A stretch of 64,000 bases of DNA, taken from contig CM059432.1 of the NCBI GenBank assembly GCA_030390025.1, positions 39,558,001 through 39,622,000 of the forward strand, in the 5' to 3' direction. The notes below the pieces were generated by a model. That model did not search any database, had not been told where the DNA came from, and worked only from the letters and a program-made list of their open reading frames with translations. Positions within the stretch are counted from its first letter, which is position 1; every line of letters starts with the position of its first letter. The DNA is from Squalus acanthias. Lineage: Eukaryota. Shown piece after piece: positions 13,370-25,006 of the stretch. The position numbers and the translations under genes are program-made.

Positions 13370-13675
13370 GGGATAACATAGGATATACAGTGCAGAAACT
13401 GGCCATTCGGCCCAACCAGTCCATGCCGGCATTTATGCTTCACTCGCACCTCCTCCCGTCTTTCCTCATCTAACTCTATCAGCATAACCCTCTATTCCCT
13501 TCTCCCTCATATGCTTATTTAGCCTCCTTTTAAATGCATCTATACTATATACTTCAACCACTCCCTGTTGTAGCAAGTTCCACATTCTCAACACTCTCTG
13601 GGTAAAGAAGTTTCTTCTGAATCCCTATTTGATTTCTTGGTGACTATCATATATTGATGGCCTCTAGTTTTGCTC
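13370..13675 (-). mobile_element. CR1 3' end fragment
   Basis: FFTQRVVRMWNL-like coding remnant and CR1-type 3' UTR. Confidence 0.8.
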
Positions 13676-14071
13676 AGAGACTCCTAAGATGAAGATTCGT
13701 GCCAACCTGTTCTTTGAACACCATGCCCTGGTGATCCAATACACCCAGGCATACAAACAGGAAACCCTGTTCCTATTTCTCACCAATGAAGGGTTTCAGA
13801 CAGTGCATGTGCACATTTAATGATTGTGCTCTTGAAGTCCTGACGCATGTAGTGAGGCAAATGAAGATTGCCCTGGTTGGAAGTCAAGGCCATTTTCACC
13901 AGAGACAAGTCCTCTAACACCTTACAGCTGACAAAGTGATTGGTCTCTGAAACACCCAGAGTACCTGGCAGCAAATGTGAAAAAAGATGGCTGATCTGAG
14001 GAAGAATATCAAAAGAAATGTTACCTAGCAATTTTCAAAAACAAATGAGTTGTAAGGATTAATTACACAAA

Positions 14072-14816
14072 GGAGGAGAAATTCGGTTGCTTAGCGCCTC
14101 CGTTAGTGCCGGGGGGGGGGGGGGGCGATAACGGGGCGCTAAGGAGTTAGCGACCGGGTGCGGCGAATGCAGCGACGCCCACGAAATTCATTTCTGGTTT
14201 ACTGCCTGGGCCTCAAGCGCCTCGCAGATCATGACGTCATCAAGTGCGCAGCGCCCCGGATGCGAAATTGGCTCCCACACCCTGCTGTGTCGCCGGGTGT
14301 CAGCAACAGCAGGAAGAGGAGGCGTTGTCAACTCAACTGGCAGCTTGGGGCGCGCTATTTAAAGGGGAGGGTTTTCAGGTAGGCCAACCTTTAATATTTC
14401 CACCAGTCTGGATCCTGCTGAAAGTTTTTGCCTGCTTCATTGCTACAAGATATCCAAGCTCTCCACTTTGTAGAGTGTTTCAGGCTGTAATGGCAGTCGC
14501 ACAGGTCGCCTTGCAACGCAGACCTGCCGACAAGTGGGTTGCGAAGCATGACTGGCTCTTCCCTTTAAGCGAGGGAAGCAGCCTCTGATGCTGTTAGCGA
14601 TGTGCTCGAAATTGTTCAGCGTTCTGCCGCTACCGCCCCGCTCCCGGACTTTAGCGCCCTAGGAGAAGTGGTTAGCACTCGATTTAGCGCTCCACTTTCC
14701 TCTTGGAGCGCTAAAGCTGAATTTCCTGTCAGGAGAGAATCATTCGCACCTGGCGCTACTTTTCCTACCTTTCAAAAGTTAGCGCTCCGACCCGGGCACT
14801 ACCCAATTTCTAGCCC
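14072..14816. mobile_element. PIF/Harbinger-type MITE (family B)
   Basis: TIRs GGAGGAGAAATT / GGGCTAGAAATT; AAA TSD (14069-14071 / 14817-14819). Repeated TTAGCGC motifs as in 3940-4643 and 55906-56799. Confidence 0.8.
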
Positions 14817-14977
14817 AAAGGCCCGTAACACCAACATTTTCATTCAACTTTAAAGCTCTTTGAATGCTTAGCAGAAATTTGCATCTAAAACTGTTGTTGC
14901 ACTAAAATCTTAATGGGGCTTTACATAATAAATCTTTCCAACTAGTTGCATGCTGAATATTCAGTTACTGACACATA

Positions 14978-17900
14978 GGCCGCGATTTCCCCTACCTTGG
15001 CGGGCCCGTGGCAGGCGACTTCGGTGGGAGGTCCTGACCTCGCTGCTGGCTCCAGCCTGTAAGATTCTCAAAATTCACAGATCCCCCAAAACTCGAAGAC
15101 ATACCCTAAGGAAAAAGACTTTGGACTCTTTTTCTAACTATTACAGGGTGGTGAAATGCATTGGGCTTAACCGAAGGACATTTTAGTGCAAAAACCGAGA
15201 TTTGGTATTTTAAAAGACATGTCTGGACTTGTGAGGGAGAAAAGGCTGTAAAGGAAGGTGGGTTCAACCTCTGTAAAGACAGTTTGGATATTGGAGTTAA
15301 TGGGAACTGTCTAGGGAACCGCATGACCTCGCTTGGAGTTAAATCGGCCCCTAGCAGACATTAACATCCTAACAATACCTGAGGAAAACAGTCTCCACCC
15401 AAATTTACAGAGCCCATTAAAGACATGCATAAAACAGATTACTTCGGCCTACTCTATAGAAATCCTAGACCCAGTCAAGAAACCCAAAACATGAGGACAA
15501 TTCAACTACAATCAAACAACAGATCGACAGGATGGAGCTATCCCGAAACCACTTCACACATTTACAAACCCGTTACTGTTTACGAGCCCTCCAAAATCTT
15601 ACAATGACCGGGATTTGATTTGGCATGCAGATAAGGAAGCTTCAATGGGTATAATTAAAGGCCCGTTCTCAACAGTTCAAGTTTGAGTTCTCCAGTACAG
15701 GTACACAGTTCAGCAGTTACAACAAGCTCCCTACAAGTTAAAGGGTGGGGCAGTTCCACAGTTCTGCAAGAAGGCAGTTCCACAGCTCTGAAGAAGACAG
15801 TTCAACAAGGCGAGGGGGCAACAGAAAGAAGTTCAACAAAGAAGGCCAGCAGCTCCAGAAGTAGGCCGACACGCAAGAAGGGACCAGAGCGACCGCCTCA
15901 GTGACCATCGGACACCTCGCGGCAACAAGGGCCTTACGAAACTTTTTACTTAAAAGGACTCTAAACCCTACCTTTAACCAAAGAAAAGTGGGTACTCACC
16001 CGATAAATCCAATCCAGTGAACCCCGAAACCGCGAACCATCTCAACTGTCAAGGATTCGTTAGGTGAGCATTATCCCTGGTTCTCCAGAGTCCAACCTAG
16101 CTAGTGAAGTGGGATTGGGAGGGTTGAAGTATTATTCTAATGTTATTTCCCTCGCTTGTACCAAAGTGTTCCCCACTTTTAGAGTGTTAAGCGTGTTTGT
16201 GTTGTGTTTTACTTTCTTGAATAAAGATGAAAGTTCTTGCATCAAACGCAGTTGTCTGCTGCACTTTTTGTCACAACCCCCAAATAAGTCCAAGGTCGAG
16301 AACCAAGGGAGTGGGAGCGATTCGAACCGCTCAGAAGTCAGAGGTGAAGCTGACACAAACCACCACCCCTACAAGCCCGCTGTCCAAAATGATTTTACGT
16401 TGATTGGGCTTGTTAAGCCCACCTAGCGCGTTTGCCAGCCAATTGAATGAAGCGGGTCTGATGACGTCATTTGATGACACGTCATCAGCCGGTTTCCTTA
16501 AAGGGACCATGCGCAAATTTAGTTTGACAGTTGTGCTGTCAGTGTTCTACAGCATTGAGGTGCTGCAAACACTAACAAGCACTGCACAGAGGTGCACAGC
16601 TGAACTCAGGCTCTTCCATGACTCCCTCCATATGCTTATGGAGGGAGTCACAGCATGCAGGGAGGTCCTCTTCCCTTCCTATGGGCAGAAGAGACCTCCC
16701 CAGGAGACCAACGCAGCCTGGTTGCACATTGCACAGGAGACACAAGCAGGGATGCCGTCAGGAGGACCAGGCTGCAGTGGCGCAAACCTTTCAATGATCT
16801 CAATAGATCACGAAACGTTACTGCAAAGCCACACTCAACCTCATTCTCCTGTGCCACTCATCACATCCCCATCACTTTGCCTTCCCTACCCTACTCCTGC
16901 ACATCCTTACTCACACCAACATACCTTGCACCTCCACCCATCCCTCTCTATCTACATTATCACTTCCCCATCTCACTAGCCACCCCTCACACTCACCCTC
17001 ATCCTAGTCCAATCATACCAACTAACAACACACAAGGGTCGGCACTTGGGTGTTTTATCCAATGTTCATGTAAAGTTTGTGTTAATGTGCTGTCAAACAT
17101 TGAAACCTTTCTTTTCAACACTTTTTTGTGTTCTTGGGCAGATTTGTGTGAACCTTTGGAAGTGGCTTAGTGAGTTGCAGTGAATGGTGAGACATAATGG
17201 TACCCCCCGCAATGCAATGAGTGTGAAACGAATGGCTTGGGCATTGTAGGGCTGCTTTATGGTGTTAGTGTGGGGTGGTGCCAACCTGGTGCATCATGTG
17301 GCAGCCAGGGTGTACAGTGTCAATTGAAGAAAATGTGGCCATGGTGAGACCATCCCTGGCGTCCTGGGCAGCAATGTGGTCGGGTGCTGATGCCCTCTGT
17401 CCTGTGCAGCATCAGTTGATTGCAGAGAAGGTTGGTGTTGTTGTTGGTGCTCCTGGTGTGCCTGGTGCTTCTGATGTTGGGGCTGATCATAGTGGGATTC
17501 TGAGGACCAAGGTGAGATAGTTCCAAGGGCACCGATGCTGATGTAATAGATGGCAGGTGAAGTTGAGATGACAGAAGCAATCTGTCAATGGTGAGAGAGT
17601 TTGTTCCAATGAGGTGACACTGGATAGAGAGTTTGCTCCAAACACTTCCAACCTGCATAAAGCTCAATCTGTCTTCCAAATGCAGTAAGCAACAGCTTCT
17701 GAGCTTGGAAAGTGAACAGCTGTGAGATGGGAGCTTTTATAGCATATTTGCATCTGTCAAGTATTGAGATGATTCCATGGTCATACAACTCCCGGACTGC
17801 TTGCCTGATGTGATCTCCGAGCAGCGTGGACCCCGTGGGCAACCTCGTAAAAAGGTAAGATGAGCTCAAATACTTTTTTATGGGCTGTTAACAAGGACAT

Positions 17901-18081
17901 AATGACCTGAATTGCCTCCCCTGCCGCTGCGTGTCGGGTCTGTTCATCCCTGACAGATCCGACATCTGGGAAAGTCGCGTGGCGACGGGTTGACAGCGAG
18001 GTCCCGACCAGTTGTCAAAACATTTTTTTCCCACCTGACCCGCCACCGAACGCGCCTGCAGACTCCCCAAGAAATTCCCCC
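14978..18081. mobile_element. Internally deleted PIF/Harbinger element (Myb exon on +, fused transposase ends on -) with a nested solo LTR
   Basis: ATA TSD (14975-14977 / 18082-18084). Myb remnant ~16570-16820 (LFHDSLHMLMEGV...REVLFP...WLHIAQE...QWRKPFNDLNRS). 17275-17570 joins homologues of 41125-41230/42480-42545 and 43560-43650. Confidence 0.8.
15058..16373 (+). mobile_element. Solo LTR (ERV1/Gypsy-type), 1316 bp
   Basis: TGTAAG...CCTACA termini; exact 4-bp TSD AGCC (15054-15057 / 16374-16377). TATAA ~15650 and AATAAA ~16220. Host element is contiguous across the insertion. Confidence 0.88.
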
Positions 18082-18486
18082 ATAGGTTGGGCTATCAGGT
18101 GTACACGTCTATCACTCTATGTGCTCTTTAAAGTTACAGCATCTTAAGACTTAAGCCCTTGACTCCTTTTGAGAAAATTACCCTGGACCTTCTTACCTAG
18201 GAAAGTGATAAGGGAGTAGGGAAAGGTGAAGCCAGAGACTCCTAAGATGAAGATTCATGCCGACCTGTTCTTTGAACATCATGTCCCTCTAATTTACTCA
18301 CTGACCCAAGCATAACTACAATCACAGGAACATCACAAACTATATATCGTAATGAAAACTTTGTTCGAATGTTTCTCTTACAGTCATTATTGTAACATGT
18401 ATTATTCTTCTGTTTTTGTAGGACAAGAAGAGCAGCTTTCCTGCCCTGCCAATACTCCCAGCAAGCCAGCACCTCACAGCACTCTA

Positions 18487-18990
18487 TGGGGTCAATTTTT
18501 AACTTCCACCCAAAATGGGCATGAAGTCAATCCAGCGGCCACCTGCCCGCCTGCCCAAAGCCAGTGTCAGAAAGCCTAAACTATTTTCAGGTTAGGGCCT
18601 CATCAGCATAATTCAGGCAAGCTGCCAGATGCTTAGTGAGCACTAGGGGGCATTTCACCACACTGGCAGACCAAAATATGGCAGCTCCATGAGCAAGCTG
18701 CGCCGGATGTTAGCACTAAAACGGGAAGCGGGAGGTGGACTGGTGGTGGGGGCTCGGGGGGTGAGGGAGGGGATCACTGCAGTATTTTTGTGGGACCAAA
18801 TGGAACATTCCTGCTTCTCCTAGCCCCACAAAAATTCCCCCCAAAAATGCTCCAGGCCGCTTTTGGATTGGCCTCTATAGATCCCTTTAAAGACCCTTGG
18901 AATGCTTTATTTGTTCTTTTACATCCTCTTACATGAAATCCTGTGACAGTGATGCATTTAATCAATCCCCATATCTTCAATGGCTGGAAA
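18487..18990. mobile_element. Old Harbinger-like MITE remnant
   Basis: Starts GGGGTCAATTTTTAAC, resembling the TIR of 59010-59578. Right end uncertain. Confidence 0.4.
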
Positions 18991-19174
18991 ATAAAACGAC
19001 TGTGTAACTTTAAGAGGAAGAAAGGGGACAGGACCAACCGTGAGGTCCTAAACAGTAAAACCATATAATATATTATATCTAAATGGCAAGATTGTGGTTT
19101 GATTTACAGTATTGGAAATGAAAATTATTCTCACCAAAGCATCTCAAAAGTTTACCCAATGCATACCGACTTTC

Positions 19175-20001
19175 GGGCTGGATTTTGTCAGCCCCAAGGA
19201 GGCGGGTATGGAGGCAGGACTGCGGGTAAAGTTGCAGAATTTGGGGGCGGGTGGCCTTCGTGCCCTCTTGCCAGGAGGCAGGAAGCTGCCCTGCCCCGGG
19301 TCCTGTCTCCTCGAGGCGGAAAAGGGATTAAAGCCTATTAACTGCCTGTTAACAGGTAGTTAACAGGCAGAAAATAGGATTATCCCCATTTTTCCTTCCG
19401 AAGTGCAGGCTTCCCGACCTCAAGGAACCCCGCCAGGGTGTAGGAGAAGAGTAGGAGGTCTGCGGGGGTCGGAGGGGGTCTGAAAGTGCGATGTAGAGGT
19501 GAGTGATGGGTGCAAGTGTGGAGTGGTAAGTATGTAAGGTGAGTGTAAAGTGTTAGAAAATGTTCACTTACCTTTGTTTCTACCTACAGCCTTCAGCCAC
19601 TGTGGAGCCAGAGTCCCGACATCTCCATTGTAGATATCACAGACTGGCTGTTGGATCCTCTGAACCAACAGCCAGGTGATTTCTGCAAAGTTGAAAGGTT
19701 TGATGAGTCCTGAACACAAGAACTCATCAAACTACACAGAATGTCAGTGTTTGACAGCTTCACAGAGCTGTCAAACAATGACATTTCTTCTTTCAAAAGT
19801 TCTTGACAGATGAAACATCAGACGTTGACATTCTCTGTCACTGACTTCCCCCTAATTGGCCTGCTGAGCCCGCTGGGCGGGCTTAACAAGGTCAATCAGG
19901 GAAAAATCCCGCTGGTTGGCCAGAAGCTGATGGAGGCGGGATTGAAAGCCGGTAAGCAGCAGTCCCGCCTCCAAAAGCTTCCCATTGAGAAAATCCAGCC
20001 C
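19175..20001. mobile_element. Non-autonomous PIF/Harbinger element (family A)
   Basis: TIR GGGCTGGATTTT / AAAATCCAGCCC with shared subterminal block (gcgggcttaacaagg.caatcagg). TSD not preserved. Confidence 0.82.
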
Positions 20002-20691
20002 CAAGTGTCTGTTTTGTTTTTCTTTTCTTTTAGAGCCCGCGGGAAGCCTCCGATCGCAAATGTTGGGCCAACATTACTTGATCCTAAAACTAGATTTATA
20101 AGAAAGGAAAGAAAACGAAAGAAAGAAAGAGAGTATAACAGTACTTGATCCTAAAACTAGATTTTGTTCCTTTTTCTTGCACTGGATGCTGCCCTCACAA
20201 CTCACATACTGGTCTCCAGAGGACCGAAGGAAGGTCTGAATGGACAAGGATTATTAGTTTTCAACTGGTGTGGTAACTGATTAAATGACTCTATGATTAG
20301 GCAATATGCTCTACCCACATCCTCAACCAGGTTATATTGTATTACACAATACTGCCATATTGTTGTAAACTTGGCTGTTACCAGATTACTGTCACTGCTG
20401 GTTTGGATAGTCTGATGGAGGCAGATGAATGCCCTCCCACAATGTGCTGTGGGTGTGTGGTGATGGTGTTGCAGGGTAAGGGCCTGCTCATTGTGGCTGG
20501 AGTGATCTCTCGTCCATGACACTTGACTTACCAGCTTGTGTGGTGCTATCCAGATATGACCCAGGTGCAGGTGTGATGTTGTTTTTATTTAATTCACTCC
20601 TAAATGTTATGTTTGACTCAGCTTCAATACCCACTATGGTGACATGTTAAGGCTAAAATTTGCTTATTTTATGATTAATTCAAAATATATT

Positions 20692-21434
20692 GGCCCAAAA
20701 ATTAGTGCCGCTACGCGAGAGTACGCACTGCGTACTCTCGCGTATTCTGTCTCCAATTGCCGGTTTTCTGCATGCACTGCGCATGCACTGAAAACCAGCA
20801 CTTGGTGAATGGAAAAGGGGGCGGGTCCTAGGTGAACCGCGTGTGCGCTACAGGCTGCGCGCACGCTGTGCACTTAGTGGTTTCAACGCGCAGGTAAGTA
20901 CGGAAGATTCTACACATAAAAAAAGGAGGAGTAAGACCCACTTTTAACAAGGTAAGTAGTGAATTAAGTATTATTTTGAATTTTTTTTAACAGGTATATC
21001 TTTTTTAGAGACTTTAAAGACAGGTAAGTTTATTTTTATAACTTTTTAAAAGATTTTAATTTTTTCAAAAATTTAATTTTTTATTTAAAATGGTTAATTT
21101 ATTTAACTATACTTATTTTATTAATGTGATGGGTTTTCTTTTAAATTTAATTGAGGTTTAGCGGTTCTTTTGGGGGGCTATAGTATTCATAACTTTCACA
21201 GCACTTATGTGAAAGTTATGAATGGAAGATGGTGTGCTGCCATTGGCTCTAACTGAGTCACGTGATCCCACAGCTCGCACGAATTAACTACGCCGGTGGG
21301 ATACGCAAGCCCAGCACAGCAGCTGTCCAGAACATCAAGTTCGTGCGAGCTGGAACTGAAAAAGCCAACGCGCAGTGAGAGATCGCGGGGAGGCCTTACC
21401 CTCGCACGAAGGCTTCCTCACGAATTTTTGGGCC
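20692..21434 (+). mobile_element. PIF/Harbinger-type MITE (family C)
   Basis: TIR GGCCCAAAAATT / AATTTTTGGGCC; ATT TSD. GC-rich ends and AT-rich core homologous to 30248-31011 and 46752-47496. Confidence 0.9.
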
Positions 21435-21454
21435 ATTGTTTTGATTTTTTTTTG

Positions 21455-23390
21455 CATGATACAGCACAGAAGGAGGCCAATTCAGCCCACCGTGCCTGTG
21501 CCAGCTCTTTGAAAGAGCTATCTAATTAGAACCACTCCCCTGTTCTTTCCCCATAGCTCTGCAAATTTTTCCTCTTCAAGTATTTATCCAATTCCCATTT
21601 GAAAGTTATTATTGAATCTGCTTCCACTACCCTTTTATTCCAGATCATAACAACTCACTATGTAAAAAAAATATTTTCCTCATGCCACTTCTGGTTCTTT
21701 TGCCAATCACCTTAAATCTACGTCCTTTGGTTATTGACGCTTCTGCCACTGGAAATTCTATCAAAGCCCTTCAAGATCAAATCTCCCCTTAACCTTCTCT
21801 GCTCTAAGGAGAACAACCCCAATTTTTCTAATCTTTCCACGTAACTGAAGTCTTTCATCCCTGGTACCATTCTAGTATATCTCCTCTGCATCCTCTCTAA
21901 GGCCTTGACATCCTTCCTAAAGTGTGGTGCCCAGAATTGGCCAAAATACTCCAGCTGGGGCCTAATCAGTGTTTTTTAAAGGTTTAGCATAACTTCCTTG
22001 CTTTTGTATTCTACACCTCTATTTATAAAGCCAAGGATCCTGTGTGCCTTTTTGACAGCCTTCTCATCTGGTCCTGCCGCCTTCAAAGATGTGTACGTAA
22101 CCCCGCCTCCCCCAGGTCTCTCTGTTACTGCACCCTCTTTAAAATTGTATCATTTAGTTTATATTGCCTCTCCTCATTCTTCCTACCAAAATGAATTACA
22201 TCACACTTCTCTGTGTTAAGTTTAATCTGCAATGTTTCTGCCCATGTCTGTCTATGTTCTCCTGAAGTCTGTTACTATCCTCCTTCCTGTTTACTATATT
22301 TCAAAGTTTTGTGCCATCTGCAAATACTGACATTTTTTTTAATTTGTTCATGGGATGTGAGCGCCGCTGGCAAGGCCAGCATTTATTGCCCATCCCTAAT
22401 TGCCCTTGAAAAGGTGGTGGTGAGCCACCTTCTTGAACCGCTGCAGTCCTTGTGGTGAAGGTACTCCCACAGTGCTGTTGGGGAGTGAGTTCCAGGATTT
22501 TGACCCAGCGATGATGAAGGAACGGCGATATATTTCCAAGTCAGGATGTGTAACTTGGAGGGGAACTTGCAGGTGATAGTGTTCCCATGCATCTGCTGCC
22601 CTTGTCCTTCTAGGTGGTAGAGGTCACGGGTTTGGGAGGTGCTGTCGAAGAAGCCTTGGTGAGTTGTTGCACTGCATCTTGTAGATGGTACATACTGCAG
22701 CCACAGTACGCCGGTGGTGGAGAGAGTGAATGTTTAAGGTGGTGGATGGGGTGCCAATCAAGTGGCCTGCTTTGTCCTGGATGGTGTCGAGCTTCTTGAG
22801 TGTTGTTGGAGCTGCACTCATCCAGGCAAGTGGAGAGTATTCCATCACACTCCTGACTTGTGCCTGTAGATGGTGGAAAGGCTTTGGGGAGTCAGGAGGT
22901 GAGACACTCGCCGCAGAATACCCAGCCTCTGACCCACTCTTGTTGCCACAGTATTTATGTGGCTGGTCTAGTTAAGTTTCTGGTCAATGGTGAACCCCAG
23001 AATGTTGATGGTGGGGGATTCAGCAATGGTAATGCCGTTGAATGTCAAGGGGCGGTGGTTAGATTCTCACTTGTTGGAGATAGTCATTGTCTGGCACTTG
23101 TGTGGCGCGAATTTTACTTGCCACCGACCAGCCCAAGCCTGAATGTCATCCAGGTCTCGTTGCATGCGGGCATGGACTGTTTCATTAACTGAGGAGTTGC
23201 GAATGCCCTGTATAACCAAGTCTAGGTCATTAATATATATCAAAAAGAGCAGTGGTCCTGCAGGGACACCACTTCCCTCCAGTCTTAAAAACAACCGTTC
23301 ACCACTACTCTCTGCTTTCTGTCCCTTAGCCACGCAGCTACTGTCCCTTTAATCCCATGGGCTTCAACTTTGCTAACATGTCTATTATGT
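21455..23390 (-). mobile_element. CR1 LINE fragment (21455-22335 and 23205-23390) interrupted by another LINE
   Basis: CR1 3' UTR and RT remnants (GPLLFLIYINDLDL) lie on both sides of the insert. Confidence 0.8.
22340..23204 (-). mobile_element. L2/Crack-like LINE 3' portion with poly(A)-like tail
   Basis: ORF remnants MQRDLDDIQAWAGRWQVKFAPHKCQ and MEYSPLAWMSAAPTTLKKLDTIQDKA. Other copies at 51535-51860 and 62236-62892. Clade assignment tentative. Confidence 0.8.
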
Positions 23391-24454
23391 GTTCAGAATG
23401 GCAGGGAAGTTGACCTTATTAATGTGGCCAACTAAATGCTTTATATTATTTTACATCTTTTATATCCAGAATTAGGGATGTGCAGCACTAAATAGGGCTT
23501 CAAAGCATTTCAGCCACAGTATAACAGAGCATAGTCAGCCACCTCCAAGCTGGGGTTGTTACTTCAGACTACCATCCATTGAACCCCTGCTGGATAATTT
23601 GTGGGGGTGTGGATTTTAAGTTTCATTATGATGCTCCACACAATCAAATAGCCTACCAACACTCACTATCTAGATTCACATGTATAAGATATCTACTTAA
23701 ACAAGATACCACAAGGTAGATTTTCAACTTCAATGGAAATGAAAATCAGTTGGTTTCTATAAGAGGCGGCTGATCCACAATGCCAGTTTGATGCCCAGTT
23801 GGCAATTTGAAAATCTATCCTGACCATACTTATAGGACTGCACCCTAGAATGTGTTACTGCTTTCAGAAAAGTAAACTGAATGCCATACAAAGGAAAATT
23901 AAAAAAAACAGAAGATGAAAAAAAAGTTGTTACAAAGGTTCACATTTCACTGATGGTGATAAGTCTGTCAGAGGAAAATGCCTTACTACAAGAAAGGAGA
24001 GAAAATTAAAGGATAAATCACCCAGGAACACTTTGTCTATCTCCTAGTAGCTAGTTAAAGAGGTAGGACCAGCTTGATTTACTGACCATCTTAGCCAAGA
24101 AATTTTGGTCACTGACCCTCTGCCAAAGAATGTGGAGACTTGAAAAGAATCCTGGTTCTTCAGGAAGAAAATCAAATCAATTTTGAATCCCATTTCATCT
24201 TCATTCCTCAATCTGTTTGACATTTTCCAAATTACATTGTTGTGACTTGAGTGATATGCCTTTCCCTGCCCATCCATAGTGTCACAGCTTGGAAACATGG
24301 GCATTAAACTACGGTTCATTAGTGCACAGCTAAACAGTGTCAAAGCCATTGATCAAGGTATTAACAACACTTGCTGCAATTGCTCTGATGGAAATGTAAT
24401 TTAGTCCAGTGGCTATATAAAGCAAAGATCTACAACCTAAATTTCCATTTTAGG

Positions 24455-24929
24455 AAAGAAACAAAGAAAGACTTGCATTTATACAGCACCTTTCACGACC
24501 ACCGGACGTCCCAAAGTGCTTTACAGCCAATGAAGTACTTTCTTTTTTTAAGTGTCGTCACTGTTGTAATGTAGGAAACGCAGCAGCCAATTTGCAAACA
24601 GCAAGCTCCCACAAACAACAATGTGATAATGACCAGATAATCTGGGTTTTTTTGATTGAGGAATAAATATTGGCCAGGACACCGGGGATAACACCCCTGC
24701 TCTTCTTCAAAATAGTGCCATGGGATCGTTTACGTCCACCTGAGAGAGCAGACAGGGCCTTGGTTTAATGTTTCATCCAAAAGGTGGCACCACCAATAGT
24801 GTAGCACTCCCTCAGTACTCCACTGGAGTGACAGCCTAGATTTTGTGCTCAAGTCTCTGGAGCGGGACTTGAACCCAAAACCTTCTGACTCAGAAGCAAG
24901 GATGCAACCAATTGAGCCACAGCTGACAC
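24455..24929 (-). mobile_element. tRNA-derived Deu-domain SINE (SacSINE1-like)
   Basis: A box TGGCTCAATTGG and B box GGTTCAAGTCC on minus. Central GATCCCATGGCACTATTTTGAAGAAGAGCAGGGG block; L2-like tail ending in CTTT repeats. Confidence 0.85.
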
Positions 24930-25006
24930 TATGAGGATGTCAATTAAACTTAAAAAATTAAAGAGAAAGGCATCATGGATACAGGCAACGGAACTACGCT
25001 GCCTAC

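Noticed and set aside
24860..24929. tRNA gene
   Set aside because: The A/B boxes belong to the SINE head; no full cloverleaf.
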